From an uncultured Clostridiaceae bacterium (GTDB lineage: Bacteria > Bacillota > Clostridia > TANB77 > CAG-465): a stretch of 64,000 nt of DNA. Below the pieces are notes generated by a model. That model was not told where the DNA came from. It made no database searches and was given only the letters and a program-made list of their open reading frames with translations. Location of the stretch: positions 76,285 to 140,284 of the forward strand of contig CAMVON010000003.1 in assembly GCA_947169155.1 (NCBI GenBank). The letters run 5' to 3'. Of this stretch, positions 8,263 to 17,279 are shown piece by piece (position 1 is the first letter of the stretch; every line of letters begins with the position of its first letter). The translations under genes and the position numbers were made by a program.

Positions 8263-8291
8263 ATTATACCACAAATTAATCAAAAATGCAA
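8263..8291 (-). promoter_or_regulatory. Sigma-A consensus promoter driving the OLE-like RNA and oapA
   Basis: Minus strand reads TTGCAT (8291-8286), exactly 17 nt, TATAAT (8268-8263), with TGG immediately 5' of the -10. Confidence 0.7.
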
Positions 8292-8446
8292 GTTGATTGC
8301 ATATAAAATAGGTTACATAACATATATTACAGATGTAGAGCCAGTTACATGAATTAAAAAAAGTTCAAAAAAATACAAAATTTTCTATTTTAATCTTTTC
8401 TTTTTTGTAATTTATGGTAAAATCTTTCTCAGAGGTGATATATACT

Positions 8447-9418
8447 ATGGCAAGAAAGGGAAATAAGAAAAGTTCCCTTCTCGAGATAATTATTGGGCTA
8501 GGTTTATTGGCATTAATAATTTTTGCTGGTAGCAGATTAGACTCGTCTATAATTAACGACTTCTTGAACATAGAATCAAACTCGCTAGAAAATGTTGAGA
8601 CTATACCAGGTCAAAACACAACTCCTACCGCAGTGGATGGTAATCTAGTAATTGACTATATTGATGTTGGTCAAGGCGATAGTATTTTAATACGTCAAGG
8701 TGAGCATGCAATGCTTATTGATGGTGGAACAAGTGAATCCAAAGATACTATTTTAAACTTCCTTGAAGATGAAAATGTAGATCATTTAGATTACATTGTG
8801 GGAACACATCCACACGAAGATCATATTGGAAGCTTAGATGATGTTGTTACAGCTATAGATTTTGATACTATTCTATTTCCAAAAGTTACAACTACAACAA
8901 AGACTTTTGAAAACTTAGTACTAGCTGTACAAAACAAAGGAAAAAAATTTAAGACTCCAGTAGTTGGGGAGGAATATTCTTTAGGTGAGGCAAGATTTAT
9001 TATATTAGCTCCAAATTCGGCTTCATATCAATCGCTAAATAACTATTCTATTGTTATTAAGATGACATATGGTACAAATACTTTCATGTTTACAGGAGAT
9101 GCTGAAACACTATCAGAAAAAGAAATATTAGCTTTAGGCTATGACTTATCTGCAGATGTGTTAAAGCTAGGACATCATGGTGCAACAACTTCAACTTCAC
9201 AAAAATTCTTAGAAGCTGTAAATCCTAAGTATGCTATAATATCATGTGGAAAAAACAATACATACAAGCATCCTACCAAAACAACAATGGATAAAATGGT
9301 TAAAATGCAAATTGATGTATATAGAACAGATGAACAAGGAACTATAGAACTGGTAAGCAATGGTGAGACTATTACATTTAATGTTGAACCAGGTAGCTAT
9401 AGTTATATGGGAGGTTAG
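8447..9418 (+). CDS. ComEC-related MBL-fold metallo-hydrolase (membrane anchored, no channel domain)
   Basis: 323 aa from ATG 8447 (GAGGTGA RBS); N-terminal TM anchor; MBL motifs DVGQGD and HPHEDHIGS, later GHHG. Confidence 0.85.
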   Translation: MARKGNKKSSLLEIIIGLGLLALIIFAGSRLDSSIINDFLNIESNSLENVETIPGQNTTPTAVDGNLVIDYIDVGQGDSILIRQGEHAMLIDGGTSESKDTILNFLEDENVDHLDYIVGTHPHEDHIGSLDDVVTAIDFDTILFPKVTTTTKTFENLVLAVQNKGKKFKTPVVGEEYSLGEARFIILAPNSASYQSLNNYSIVIKMTYGTNTFMFTGDAETLSEKEILALGYDLSADVLKLGHHGATTSTSQKFLEAVNPKYAIISCGKNNTYKHPTKTTMDKMVKMQIDVYRTDEQGTIELVSNGETITFNVEPGSYSYMGG

Positions 9419-9420
9419 CT

Positions 9421-9645
9421 ATGCAAGGTATTGTAGATAGAATAGAGGATGATATTGTAGTAATAGAAGCTGAGGGTACTATGTATAACGTAGATATCGA
9501 ACTTATTGAAGACGAAATTTCCGAAGGAGATGTAGTAGATATTGAATTTTCAGATAATGAAATAATCTGTGTAACTAAAGATTATTCACAAACCAAAGAG
9601 CGAGAAACGTATATAGAAGAGTTAACTCGAGATATGTGGGAATAA
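9421..9645 (+). CDS. DUF3006-type small acidic protein
   Basis: 74 aa; starts 2 nt after the MBL gene stop; MQGIVDRIEDDIVVIE.. pattern typical of DUF3006 partners of ComEC-like MBL hydrolases. Confidence 0.7.
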   Translation: MQGIVDRIEDDIVVIEAEGTMYNVDIELIEDEISEGDVVDIEFSDNEIICVTKDYSQTKERETYIEELTRDMWE

Positions 9646-9689
9646 TAATTAAGGAAATAAAACATAAATATACTGTAGGAGGTATGTTT

Positions 9690-10382
9690 ATGTTTTTTTC
9701 TTATTTAATACAACTATTTACTAGTCTTTTTGGACTATTTGGTTATATATCTCAAGATAAGTTATATCCTGAACCATTAAGTAAGACTGAGGAAGAATAT
9801 TATCTAAGAAAATATTTTCAGGGAGACAAAGAAGCAAGAAACATTTTAATAGAACACAATTTAAGACTTGTTGCACATATTGCTAAAAAGTTTACAGATG
9901 ATAAACAAGAATTAGAAGAATACATTTCAATAGGCACTATTGGACTAATAAAGGCTATAGACAGCTTTAAAGAGAACAAGGGATATAAGATTAGTACTTA
10001 TGCTTCAAGATGCATAGAAAATGAAATATTAATGAATATACGAAGTACAAAAAAGATAAAGCAAGAAGTGTCCCTCAACCAAGTAATAGGAACAGATAAA
10101 GATGGAAATGATATGGAATTAGAAGATACACTAGTAATACAAGAAAAAGATTTTGCAGATTCTATTCATGATAGAACAATGCTAAAGCAGGTTTTATCTT
10201 TTATGAATAAAAATTTAGATGAAAGAGAAAAGTATATTATGAATAAAAGATATGGAATGGATGGCAAAAAAGCAAAAACACAACAAGAGATTGCATCCGA
10301 ACTTGGAATATCAAGATCATATGTGTCAAGAATTGAGACAAAAATTCAAGACATGCTATCTAAAGTATTTAAATATCAGTAA
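9690..10382 (+). CDS. sigK: Sporulation sigma factor pro-sigma-K, uninterrupted
   Basis: 230 aa from ATG 9690 (AGGAGG 7 nt upstream); hydrophobic pro-sequence then ..YPEPLSKTEEEYYL.. and ILIEHNLRLVAHIAKKF, closely like B. subtilis pro-sigma-K; region 4 HTH QQEIASELGISRSYVSRIE. Confidence 0.9.
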   Translation: MFFSYLIQLFTSLFGLFGYISQDKLYPEPLSKTEEEYYLRKYFQGDKEARNILIEHNLRLVAHIAKKFTDDKQELEEYISIGTIGLIKAIDSFKENKGYKISTYASRCIENEILMNIRSTKKIKQEVSLNQVIGTDKDGNDMELEDTLVIQEKDFADSIHDRTMLKQVLSFMNKNLDEREKYIMNKRYGMDGKKAKTQQEIASELGISRSYVSRIETKIQDMLSKVFKYQ

Positions 10383-10501
10383 AATAATCTAAATAAAATA
10401 TTACATAATTCGTTATAAAAATATTGTAAAATAATCACCTTTATGCTAAAATAACTACGATAAAAAATTAAATTGGATAAGATAATTAGGAGGAAACAAA
10501 A

Positions 10502-11089
10502 GTGAAAAGCAAAAATTATCTAGGAAAGCCAGATGAAAATAGAGGAATATTAATAGCACTAGCAATATTTGTAGTTATATTTGCAATAGTATTTATAATA
10601 AATGCAATATCTAAAAGTAAAGATATTGAAGAAGTAGTCTTTGAAGAAGATTTTGCAGTTGTAGAAAAAACTACAGCTTCAGTCAACAAACTAGAAGTTA
10701 CAGATTCAAAAGTATTAATTGAAGGAATATTAAAAGCAGGATTGACACAAGCAAGGATAATTAAACTAAGAGATGTAGATTTAGTATTAAGAGCAAATCA
10801 AGAAGATAAATATGAATTTAACCTAGGTTATCATATATCAGCAGAGGATATAGACTTTTCTACTAATCTTAAAGATAGTATAGTTTTAGATTTGAATCAA
10901 ATTGAGCCTGGAGAATATAAGGCTTTCTTGAGAATTAAATTTGAAAGCTCATCAAATGGCCAAGGATATGCATATAAGTATTATTCATTATCAAATGGAG
11001 CTGAACTTACAAATATTGAGCAAGAAGGCTTAAAAATATCTTTTGATAAATACAAAGGTGTTTTAGACTATTTAACAATAACTAAATAA
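10502..11089 (+). CDS. Hypothetical membrane-anchored protein
   Basis: 195 aa; GTG start 8 nt after AGGAGG; single N-terminal TM helix; no recognisable family. Confidence 0.6.
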   Translation: MKSKNYLGKPDENRGILIALAIFVVIFAIVFIINAISKSKDIEEVVFEEDFAVVEKTTASVNKLEVTDSKVLIEGILKAGLTQARIIKLRDVDLVLRANQEDKYEFNLGYHISAEDIDFSTNLKDSIVLDLNQIEPGEYKAFLRIKFESSSNGQGYAYKYYSLSNGAELTNIEQEGLKISFDKYKGVLDYLTITK

Positions 11090-11110
11090 AACTTAAAATA
11101 TAAAAAATAA

Positions 11111-11138
11111 AGGAAGGATTTAATCCTTCCTATTTTTT
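11111..11138. terminator. Bidirectional rho-independent terminator
   Basis: Stem AGGAAGGATT (11111-11120) / AATCCTTCCT (11122-11131) flanked by an A-run and a T-run. Confidence 0.75.
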
Positions 11139-11598
11139 AGTCTATATCGCGTAAACAATAAGCTTTTTTAGCTCTCATAACAGCAGAATGAACACCTTCT
11201 TTATATATTCTCATGTATGAGGTATTGTCCCATCTACCATCAATTCTTGTAGCTACTCTTTTTAAAGTTACTGTTCTATTATCCATATCTATATTTTCAA
11301 CTTTATACATTTTAACAACATCACTATCTAATGCATAATTAGCTTCAATATATATTCCTTTAGTAGATATTCTAACTAAACTTTTAGATTTAAAATATCC
11401 AACACCTGTACGCATTATTTTTTCGAGTTTTCCTGTAGAAGCACAAAATGCTGCTGCAGCACCATATCTTGCTTTTGGTTGCATAAATCTAAATGTTTGA
11501 ATCCACATAGCAGGATATCCTTTTTTAGTAACAGTGATTTGTTTTACTAGTCTTTTAACGTCGTCTTCTTGAGTCATTTCTTCTAATTTTTCTTCCAT
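11137..11598 (-). CDS. Hypothetical soluble basic protein
   Basis: 153 aa ORF on the opposite strand to its neighbours; no TM helices; no family recognised. Confidence 0.55.
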   Translation of the reverse strand: MEEKLEEMTQEDDVKRLVKQITVTKKGYPAMWIQTFRFMQPKARYGAAAAFCASTGKLEKIMRTGVGYFKSKSLVRISTKGIYIEANYALDSDVVKMYKVENIDMDNRTVTLKRVATRIDGRWDNTSYMRIYKEGVHSAVMRAKKAYCLRDID

Positions 11599-11752
11599 AA
11601 TTTATACCATCCTTGTACATATGAATTATACCATAGTATATGTGTAAAGTCAAAAAAATTATTTTTAAAAATTTTCTCAAAAAATGTATACATATACTAA
11701 AATTTTTGTTATAATTTTACATGAGTTAAATGAAAAAAGACGGAGGTAATAT

Positions 11753-12199
11753 ATGCAGCTAGGAAAAAGCTATATCGAAGATATAGAAAGAATCTGCAGA
11801 GCTGCTGATGACTATGTAGCCGAAGGTAATAATGATGAGGCATACAGAAAATATAAAGAGGCTTTAGACATTATTCCAGAACCTAAAACTGCATATGAGA
11901 CAGCAACTTGGATTTTTGTATCAATTGGAGATTTATATTTTAAAACTGGAAGATATGATTTAGCAAAAGATTACTTTTATGAAGCAAAAGAGTGTCCAAA
12001 TGGTGTAAGCAATCCATATGTATTATTTAGACTAGGGCAGTCATTAGTAGAAACAAATGATGAAAAAGATGCTAAAGAGTTTTTACTACGTGCATATATG
12101 CTAGTAGGTGATGATATTTTCTGGGATGAAGATGAAAAATATTACAACGTAATAAAAGAAATGATTAAAATAGATGAAACGGATAGTGATATACTATAG
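11753..12199 (+). CDS. Small TPR-like repeat protein
   Basis: 148 aa; GGAGG RBS; helical-repeat sequence (..AYRKYKEALDIIPE.. / ..IGDLYFKTGRYDLAKDYFYEAKE..) consistent with TPR units. Confidence 0.6.
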   Translation: MQLGKSYIEDIERICRAADDYVAEGNNDEAYRKYKEALDIIPEPKTAYETATWIFVSIGDLYFKTGRYDLAKDYFYEAKECPNGVSNPYVLFRLGQSLVETNDEKDAKEFLLRAYMLVGDDIFWDEDEKYYNVIKEMIKIDETDSDIL

Positions 12200-12316
12200 T
12201 ATATAGTTAGTTACTATTCGTTTTTTCTTGCTAAATAACATAAAAAATGGTATAATACTGCTGTCAACAAAGATAAAAAGGAGTTTTTTAAATAATTTTT
12301 TAAAGGAGGCGGTATT

Positions 12317-12622
12317 ATGATTATAATGCTAATTGAATTACTATTTGTTTACCTATTAATGAGATTTATTGAAGAAATAGGATTAAAAGGTTCATGTATA
12401 TTCTATATGGTATTAAATGTACTTAATGCTGCATTTACTACAACTATTACAATATCATCTATTTTATGGGCTGCACTATATGGCTTAATTTATGGTGTTA
12501 TTGCATACATTGCTGCTAAGTTTTTCTTATTCTTAATAAGGGTACTTGGTACACTTGGTGTTGTTTTAGTAATATTAATATCTGTATTAATCATACTTGG
12601 ACTATTTGGAATAGTAATATAA
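12317..12622 (+). CDS. Small hydrophobic membrane protein
   Basis: 101 aa; AAAGGAGG RBS 7 nt upstream; three predicted TM helices. Confidence 0.6.
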   Translation: MIIMLIELLFVYLLMRFIEEIGLKGSCIFYMVLNVLNAAFTTTITISSILWAALYGLIYGVIAYIAAKFFLFLIRVLGTLGVVLVILISVLIILGLFGIVI

Positions 12623-12632
12623 TTTAATAAAA

Positions 12633-12657
12633 AGGAGAGTTTAATACTCTCTTTTTT
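12633..12657 (+). terminator. Rho-independent terminator
   Basis: Stem GAGAGT (12635-12640) / ACTCTC (12646-12651) followed by TTTTTT. Confidence 0.6.
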
Positions 12658-12682
12658 GTCGAAATTTTTGGTACGATTTTCT

Positions 12683-12712
12683 TTGACTTTTCAGTATTTG
12701 AGGGGTTATAAT
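12683..12712 (+). promoter_or_regulatory. Sigma-A type promoter of the sortase/adhesin pair
   Basis: TTGACT (12683-12688), 18-nt spacer, TATAAT (12707-12712). Confidence 0.55.
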
Positions 12713-12739
12713 TGAGTCAGCCTTAAAGGAGGTGAGAAG

Positions 12740-13297
12740 TTGCAAGTAAAAAGACGGAAAAATATCTTACTTTTGTTATTATTCATAATAATTACGATTT
12801 TTACAATTTTCATTTATTCAAAAATATATAAGATTAACGTAAGTGATTATCCTCCAAAAACACTTAATCTAGAAAATATCAAATTATATCAAGACGACAA
12901 AATTTTTATTCGAAAAGATGAATGGACATTATCCATTCCAAATTTAAATCTATATAATATCCCCATAATAGATAGTATCGAGGTAGATAAATTAGAAGAC
13001 TATATAGGTCATTTCCCAATAAGTTCATATTTAAAAGGTAATATTTGTTTAGCTGCACATAATGATGGTTATAAAAATAATTATTTTAAAGACATTAATA
13101 CACTATGTGTTGGAGACAAATTAATATATTCGTTTAATAATATCGAAAAATCATACTATGTAGAAAAAGTATATAGTATAGCTAGTACAGATTTTTCGTT
13201 TTTTAACTTAGATCAAAAAGATAAATTAACTCTTGTTACTTGCATATCTAACTCACCTCATATGAGGCTTTGTGTAGAAGCAGTTAATAAGGAGTGA
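12740..13297 (+). CDS. Sortase-family transpeptidase
   Basis: 185 aa; TTG start after AAGGAGGTGA; N-terminal TM anchor; His in ..CLAAHNDG.., catalytic TLVTC motif, Arg in ..HMRLCVEA.. Confidence 0.85.
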   Translation: MQVKRRKNILLLLLFIIITIFTIFIYSKIYKINVSDYPPKTLNLENIKLYQDDKIFIRKDEWTLSIPNLNLYNIPIIDSIEVDKLEDYIGHFPISSYLKGNICLAAHNDGYKNNYFKDINTLCVGDKLIYSFNNIEKSYYVEKVYSIASTDFSFFNLDQKDKLTLVTCISNSPHMRLCVEAVNKE

Positions 13298-13301
13298 TTT
13301 C

Positions 13302-14843
13302 ATGACAAAAATATATGAGTATAAAGATTCAATGCTTGGATTAATACACAAAAAAAGAAGGAGATTATTTGCATACTTAAGACAAAATCAGATAAGAAGA
13401 ATTAAAGCTATTATATTCATTTTAGTGGTTGTATTTTCAAACTGTTCAGTTTTTGCAGTAGAAAATACAAACATTAGCTATGGAAAATATAAAATTAAAT
13501 CTATTCAAGATCCATTCATGTATGTTATATTTAATGGAGTTATGCAACCAAATTATATGTATAGCTATTTAGATGGACAAAAAGAAAAATGTGTATACTG
13601 TTTAGAAAGAGGAAAAGTTGGGCCAGAGAGCAAAGATGAGTATTTAGTAAAAGCTAATGAAAAAATATCAGATGATATGCTACAACTAATACTTTTAAAT
13701 TGTTATCCATATAAAAGCCCACAAGAGTTAGGACTAATGTCTATAGAGCAAGCAAAATTTGCATCTCAGTTTGCAATTTGGTGTTATACATCTGGTGTTC
13801 ATATAGATAGTATAGAGCCTATTAGTGATTTAAATTTAGACATGATACAAGCAATTAAAAAAATATACTATTCTAAAGATGGAAATATAGAAGATTATAA
13901 GATTAACCTAAATATTAAAGAAGATAAGATGCAAATAGAAAATGGATATATAACTAAAACAATTGAAGTAGATACAAAAAATATTTTAGATTATAATGTC
14001 ACATCCTCAGATAGTAATATAACAATTAAAAAAATAGATAATAAGTACAAAATATCATTACCACTAGATAAGATAGAAAACAAATACAGCACATCTTTAA
14101 AAATAGAATATAGTGCCAAAGAAAATATTTCATTGCTTGGGAAAAAAGAAAATGAACAAGAACAAGACATGGCAATACTTTTAGATACTAATTTTAGTGG
14201 CCAAGAATGCTATATGTTAAATTTTGCAGTAACTACAACAGAATTTACATTGTTAAAGGCAGATAAAGATACAAGAGAAGAAATAAGTGGTGTAGAGTTT
14301 AGTATAAAAGACAGCAACAATATAGATTATGGAACAAAAATAACAGATGAAAATGGTAAAATATCTTTAAAAATAAAATATGTAGATAATGTAAATGTTA
14401 TTGTTAAAGAAATAAAGAGTAAAGAAGGATATATCTGTGATTCAAAAGAAAAGATATATGAATTAAAAGGAAATCCGGTTTGCTGTAAAACAGTAGAAAA
14501 TGAAAAAGAAAAAGGCATAATTCAAATAATTAAAAAGACTAAAGAATATAACGAAGTAACTCAAATTAAAGAAAATACACCACTTGAAAATGTAGAGTTT
14601 GAAATACTAGATAGTAATATGAATCTAGTTCAAAAAATAATAACAGATGAGTATGGCTATTGTGAAACAGTAAGAATTCCTATGGGAAAATACTATATAA
14701 AAGAAACAAAAACAAATCCAAATTATAAAATGTTAGATAAATTGGTTGAAGTGGAACTAAGAGAGAATGATGATCAAATATTAATACAAATACTAAATGA
14801 AAACGCCACTATAGAAAAAGAATTACCAGTTACAGGAAAGTAA
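13302..14843 (+). CDS. Thioester-domain (TED) surface adhesin with SpaA/Cna-B-type domains and a terminal LPVTG
   Basis: 513 aa; signal/TM at aa 35-53; TED motifs VYCLE (Cys100) and SQFAIW (Gln156); two prealbumin-like repeats (GVEFSIKD.., NVEFEILD..GKYYIKETK..); ends ..ELPVTGK-stop with no hydrophobic tail. Confidence 0.8.
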   Translation: MTKIYEYKDSMLGLIHKKRRRLFAYLRQNQIRRIKAIIFILVVVFSNCSVFAVENTNISYGKYKIKSIQDPFMYVIFNGVMQPNYMYSYLDGQKEKCVYCLERGKVGPESKDEYLVKANEKISDDMLQLILLNCYPYKSPQELGLMSIEQAKFASQFAIWCYTSGVHIDSIEPISDLNLDMIQAIKKIYYSKDGNIEDYKINLNIKEDKMQIENGYITKTIEVDTKNILDYNVTSSDSNITIKKIDNKYKISLPLDKIENKYSTSLKIEYSAKENISLLGKKENEQEQDMAILLDTNFSGQECYMLNFAVTTTEFTLLKADKDTREEISGVEFSIKDSNNIDYGTKITDENGKISLKIKYVDNVNVIVKEIKSKEGYICDSKEKIYELKGNPVCCKTVENEKEKGIIQIIKKTKEYNEVTQIKENTPLENVEFEILDSNMNLVQKIITDEYGYCETVRIPMGKYYIKETKTNPNYKMLDKLVEVELRENDDQILIQILNENATIEKELPVTGK

Positions 14844-14928
14844 TAATTAATAATAATAAATAATAAAATTAATGTAATATATTGTAAATAAGCACTTTTT
14901 AATATATAATTGTGGCGGAGGGATGTTT

Positions 14929-15996
14929 ATGCCAAAAACGTGGTATAAAGTTGTTTTAGGAGCTTTAGGAGTATTCCTAGGTGCGCTTCTAATAGGCTTC
15001 ATAATAATTATATTTAGTGAATATTTTCCAGAAGATAGGGAAGATGTAGTTATAGATGGTACTGGAGCAAAAACTATAAAAGAAGGAGATGCTCTAAACA
15101 TTATTACATACAATCTAGGGTATTTATCTTTAGATAATACTCAAGATTTCTTTATGGACGGAGGAAAAGGTGTTCGTCCAAAAACTGCTACTAATGTTAC
15201 AAAAAATTTAGCTGCAGTAAAGACATTTATTGAAAACCAAAATAATGATATTTTTCTTTTCCAAGAAGTAGATAAAAAAGCAAAAAGATCATATAACATT
15301 AATGAATATGAAGGATTAAAACAAGATTTTGATGGAACAGCTGCTTATGCTGCAATGTTTAATTCATTATATATTCCATACCCAATTTTTAATCCTATAG
15401 GCCATGTTGAAAGTGGAGTAGCAACATTAAGTAAATTTGGTATTACTCAAGGCACAAGAATTGCATTGCCATCACATAGCAGTTGGCCAAAAAGAGCTGT
15501 AATGTATAAAAATCCAATACTTGAAACAAGAATTCCAGTAGAAGGTTCTAGTAAAGAGCTAGTTGTATATAATGTTCACTTAGATGCATATGGTGCAAAA
15601 GGTGAAAACTCAGATCAATTACAAATATTACTAGATAATATGACAGCTGAGTATGCTAAAGGAAATTATGCAATAGCTGGCGGAGATTTTAACCAAACAT
15701 TTCCACAAACAGACTTAGAACAATTTCCATTAAATGATAGTAAAAACTTCTATCCAACACAATTATCTCAAGAGCAATTACCAGATGGATGGAAATTTGT
15801 AACAGATGCAACTAAACCAACATCGAGATTACTAAATGAAGTATATAGTGGTAATTATGACAATACACAATTATATGTAATAGATGGATTTTTACTAAGT
15901 CCAAATATTGAAAGTAAGAGTGTTATTACTATTGAAAATGGTTTTTCATATAGTGATCATCACCCTGTAAAAATTAGAATAGAATTAAAAAAATAA
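14929..15996 (+). CDS. Endonuclease/exonuclease/phosphatase (EEP) family membrane-anchored protein
   Basis: 355 aa from ATG 14929 (GGAGGG 6 nt upstream); N-terminal TM helix; EEP motifs ..ITYNLGY.., ..LFQEVD.., C-terminal ..SDHHPV.. Confidence 0.8.
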   Translation: MPKTWYKVVLGALGVFLGALLIGFIIIIFSEYFPEDREDVVIDGTGAKTIKEGDALNIITYNLGYLSLDNTQDFFMDGGKGVRPKTATNVTKNLAAVKTFIENQNNDIFLFQEVDKKAKRSYNINEYEGLKQDFDGTAAYAAMFNSLYIPYPIFNPIGHVESGVATLSKFGITQGTRIALPSHSSWPKRAVMYKNPILETRIPVEGSSKELVVYNVHLDAYGAKGENSDQLQILLDNMTAEYAKGNYAIAGGDFNQTFPQTDLEQFPLNDSKNFYPTQLSQEQLPDGWKFVTDATKPTSRLLNEVYSGNYDNTQLYVIDGFLLSPNIESKSVITIENGFSYSDHHPVKIRIELKK

Positions 15997-16023
15997 ATAT
16001 AAAATAGTAAAAGAGAGGTTAAT

Positions 16024-17235
16024 ATGGAGATTAAAGAAAATATTTACTATGTTGGAGTTTTAGATGAAGGTCTTAAAACTTTTGATGTAATAATGAATAC
16101 AAAATATGGTTCATCATACAATTCATATCTTGTTAAAGGAAAAAATAAAGTTGCTTTAATTGAAACTGTAAAAAGTGAATTTGCAGATGAATTTATTAAA
16201 AATATAGAAAAATATGTAAAAATATCAGACATAGATTATTTAATAGTTAATCATACTGAACCAGACCATGCAGGTTCTATTGGAAAATTATTAAAAATAA
16301 ATCCAAACATTGAAGTATGTGGAACTAAAATGGCAATAGATTTTGTACGAAATATTATTAATTTTGATTTCAAATCTAATGTTTTAAGTGCAAATGATAG
16401 TATAGATTTAGGCGGTAAAGAGTTTAAATTCTTTGCATTTCCAATGCTACACTGGCCAGATTCGATGTACACATATTTAAGAGAAGATAATATGTTATTT
16501 ACTTGTGATTCATTTGGAGTACACTATGCAAGTAAGGTGTTATACAATGACCTTGAAGAAAAGGGTGAAGTTTTAGAGGACAAAACAATAGTTGAACAAT
16601 ATAAATACTATTTTGATTGTATACTTGGACCTTTTAAAACACCATTCTTAATCAATGCATTAAACAAAATTAGTTTAATTCCATTAGATTATATTTGTCC
16701 AGGACATGGTATGATTATACGTAAAGATATACCAAAATATATTGAAATGTATAAATCTTGGTGTACACAAACTGAAGAGGTTAAACCTAAAATTACAATA
16801 TGCTATGTATCATCATATGGATATACAAAAAGAATAGCAAGAGCATTAGTAGAAGGAATTAAAAAATCTGGAAAAGATATAGATATTAAAGAATATGATT
16901 TACAAGTAGATTCAATGGAGCAAGCAAAAAAAGATCTTGCATCTTCACAAGGAATTGCTTTAGGTTCACCTACAATTCTTTCAGATTCTCTACCACAAAT
17001 ATATGATGTAATGTCTGTATTAAATCCTATAGTAAATAAAGGAATGTATGCATTGTCTTTTGGATCATTTGCATGGAGTGGAGAAGCGTCAGTAAATATT
17101 AATAATAGATTCGAGGCTTTAAAATTTAATATTGTTCATGAACCAATAAGAATAAAGTTAAATCCTTCTGAATATGATATAGAACAAATAGAAATGATTG
17201 GTGAAAATTTCGCCAATACAATAACTACAAAATAA
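16024..17235 (+). CDS. FprA-type flavodiiron protein (MBL-like domain + flavodoxin domain)
   Basis: 403 aa; diiron motif ..VNHTEPDHAGS..; C-terminal flavodoxin-like half (..ITICYVSSYGYTKRIA..). Confidence 0.85.
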   Translation: MEIKENIYYVGVLDEGLKTFDVIMNTKYGSSYNSYLVKGKNKVALIETVKSEFADEFIKNIEKYVKISDIDYLIVNHTEPDHAGSIGKLLKINPNIEVCGTKMAIDFVRNIINFDFKSNVLSANDSIDLGGKEFKFFAFPMLHWPDSMYTYLREDNMLFTCDSFGVHYASKVLYNDLEEKGEVLEDKTIVEQYKYYFDCILGPFKTPFLINALNKISLIPLDYICPGHGMIIRKDIPKYIEMYKSWCTQTEEVKPKITICYVSSYGYTKRIARALVEGIKKSGKDIDIKEYDLQVDSMEQAKKDLASSQGIALGSPTILSDSLPQIYDVMSVLNPIVNKGMYALSFGSFAWSGEASVNINNRFEALKFNIVHEPIRIKLNPSEYDIEQIEMIGENFANTITTK

Positions 17236-17242
17236 ACAAGAG

Positions 17243-17263
17243 TGCAGAGCAATCTGCATTTTT
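17243..17263 (+). terminator. Possible rho-independent terminator (short stem)
   Basis: TGCAGA (17243-17248) / TCTGCA (17254-17259) then TTTTT. Confidence 0.45.
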
Positions 17264-17279
17264 GTATTTGAGGTGAAAA

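Noticed and set aside
9690-10382. skin-like element interrupting sigK
   Set aside because: The gene is continuous from the pro-sequence through the region 4 HTH, with no recombinase or split reading frame.
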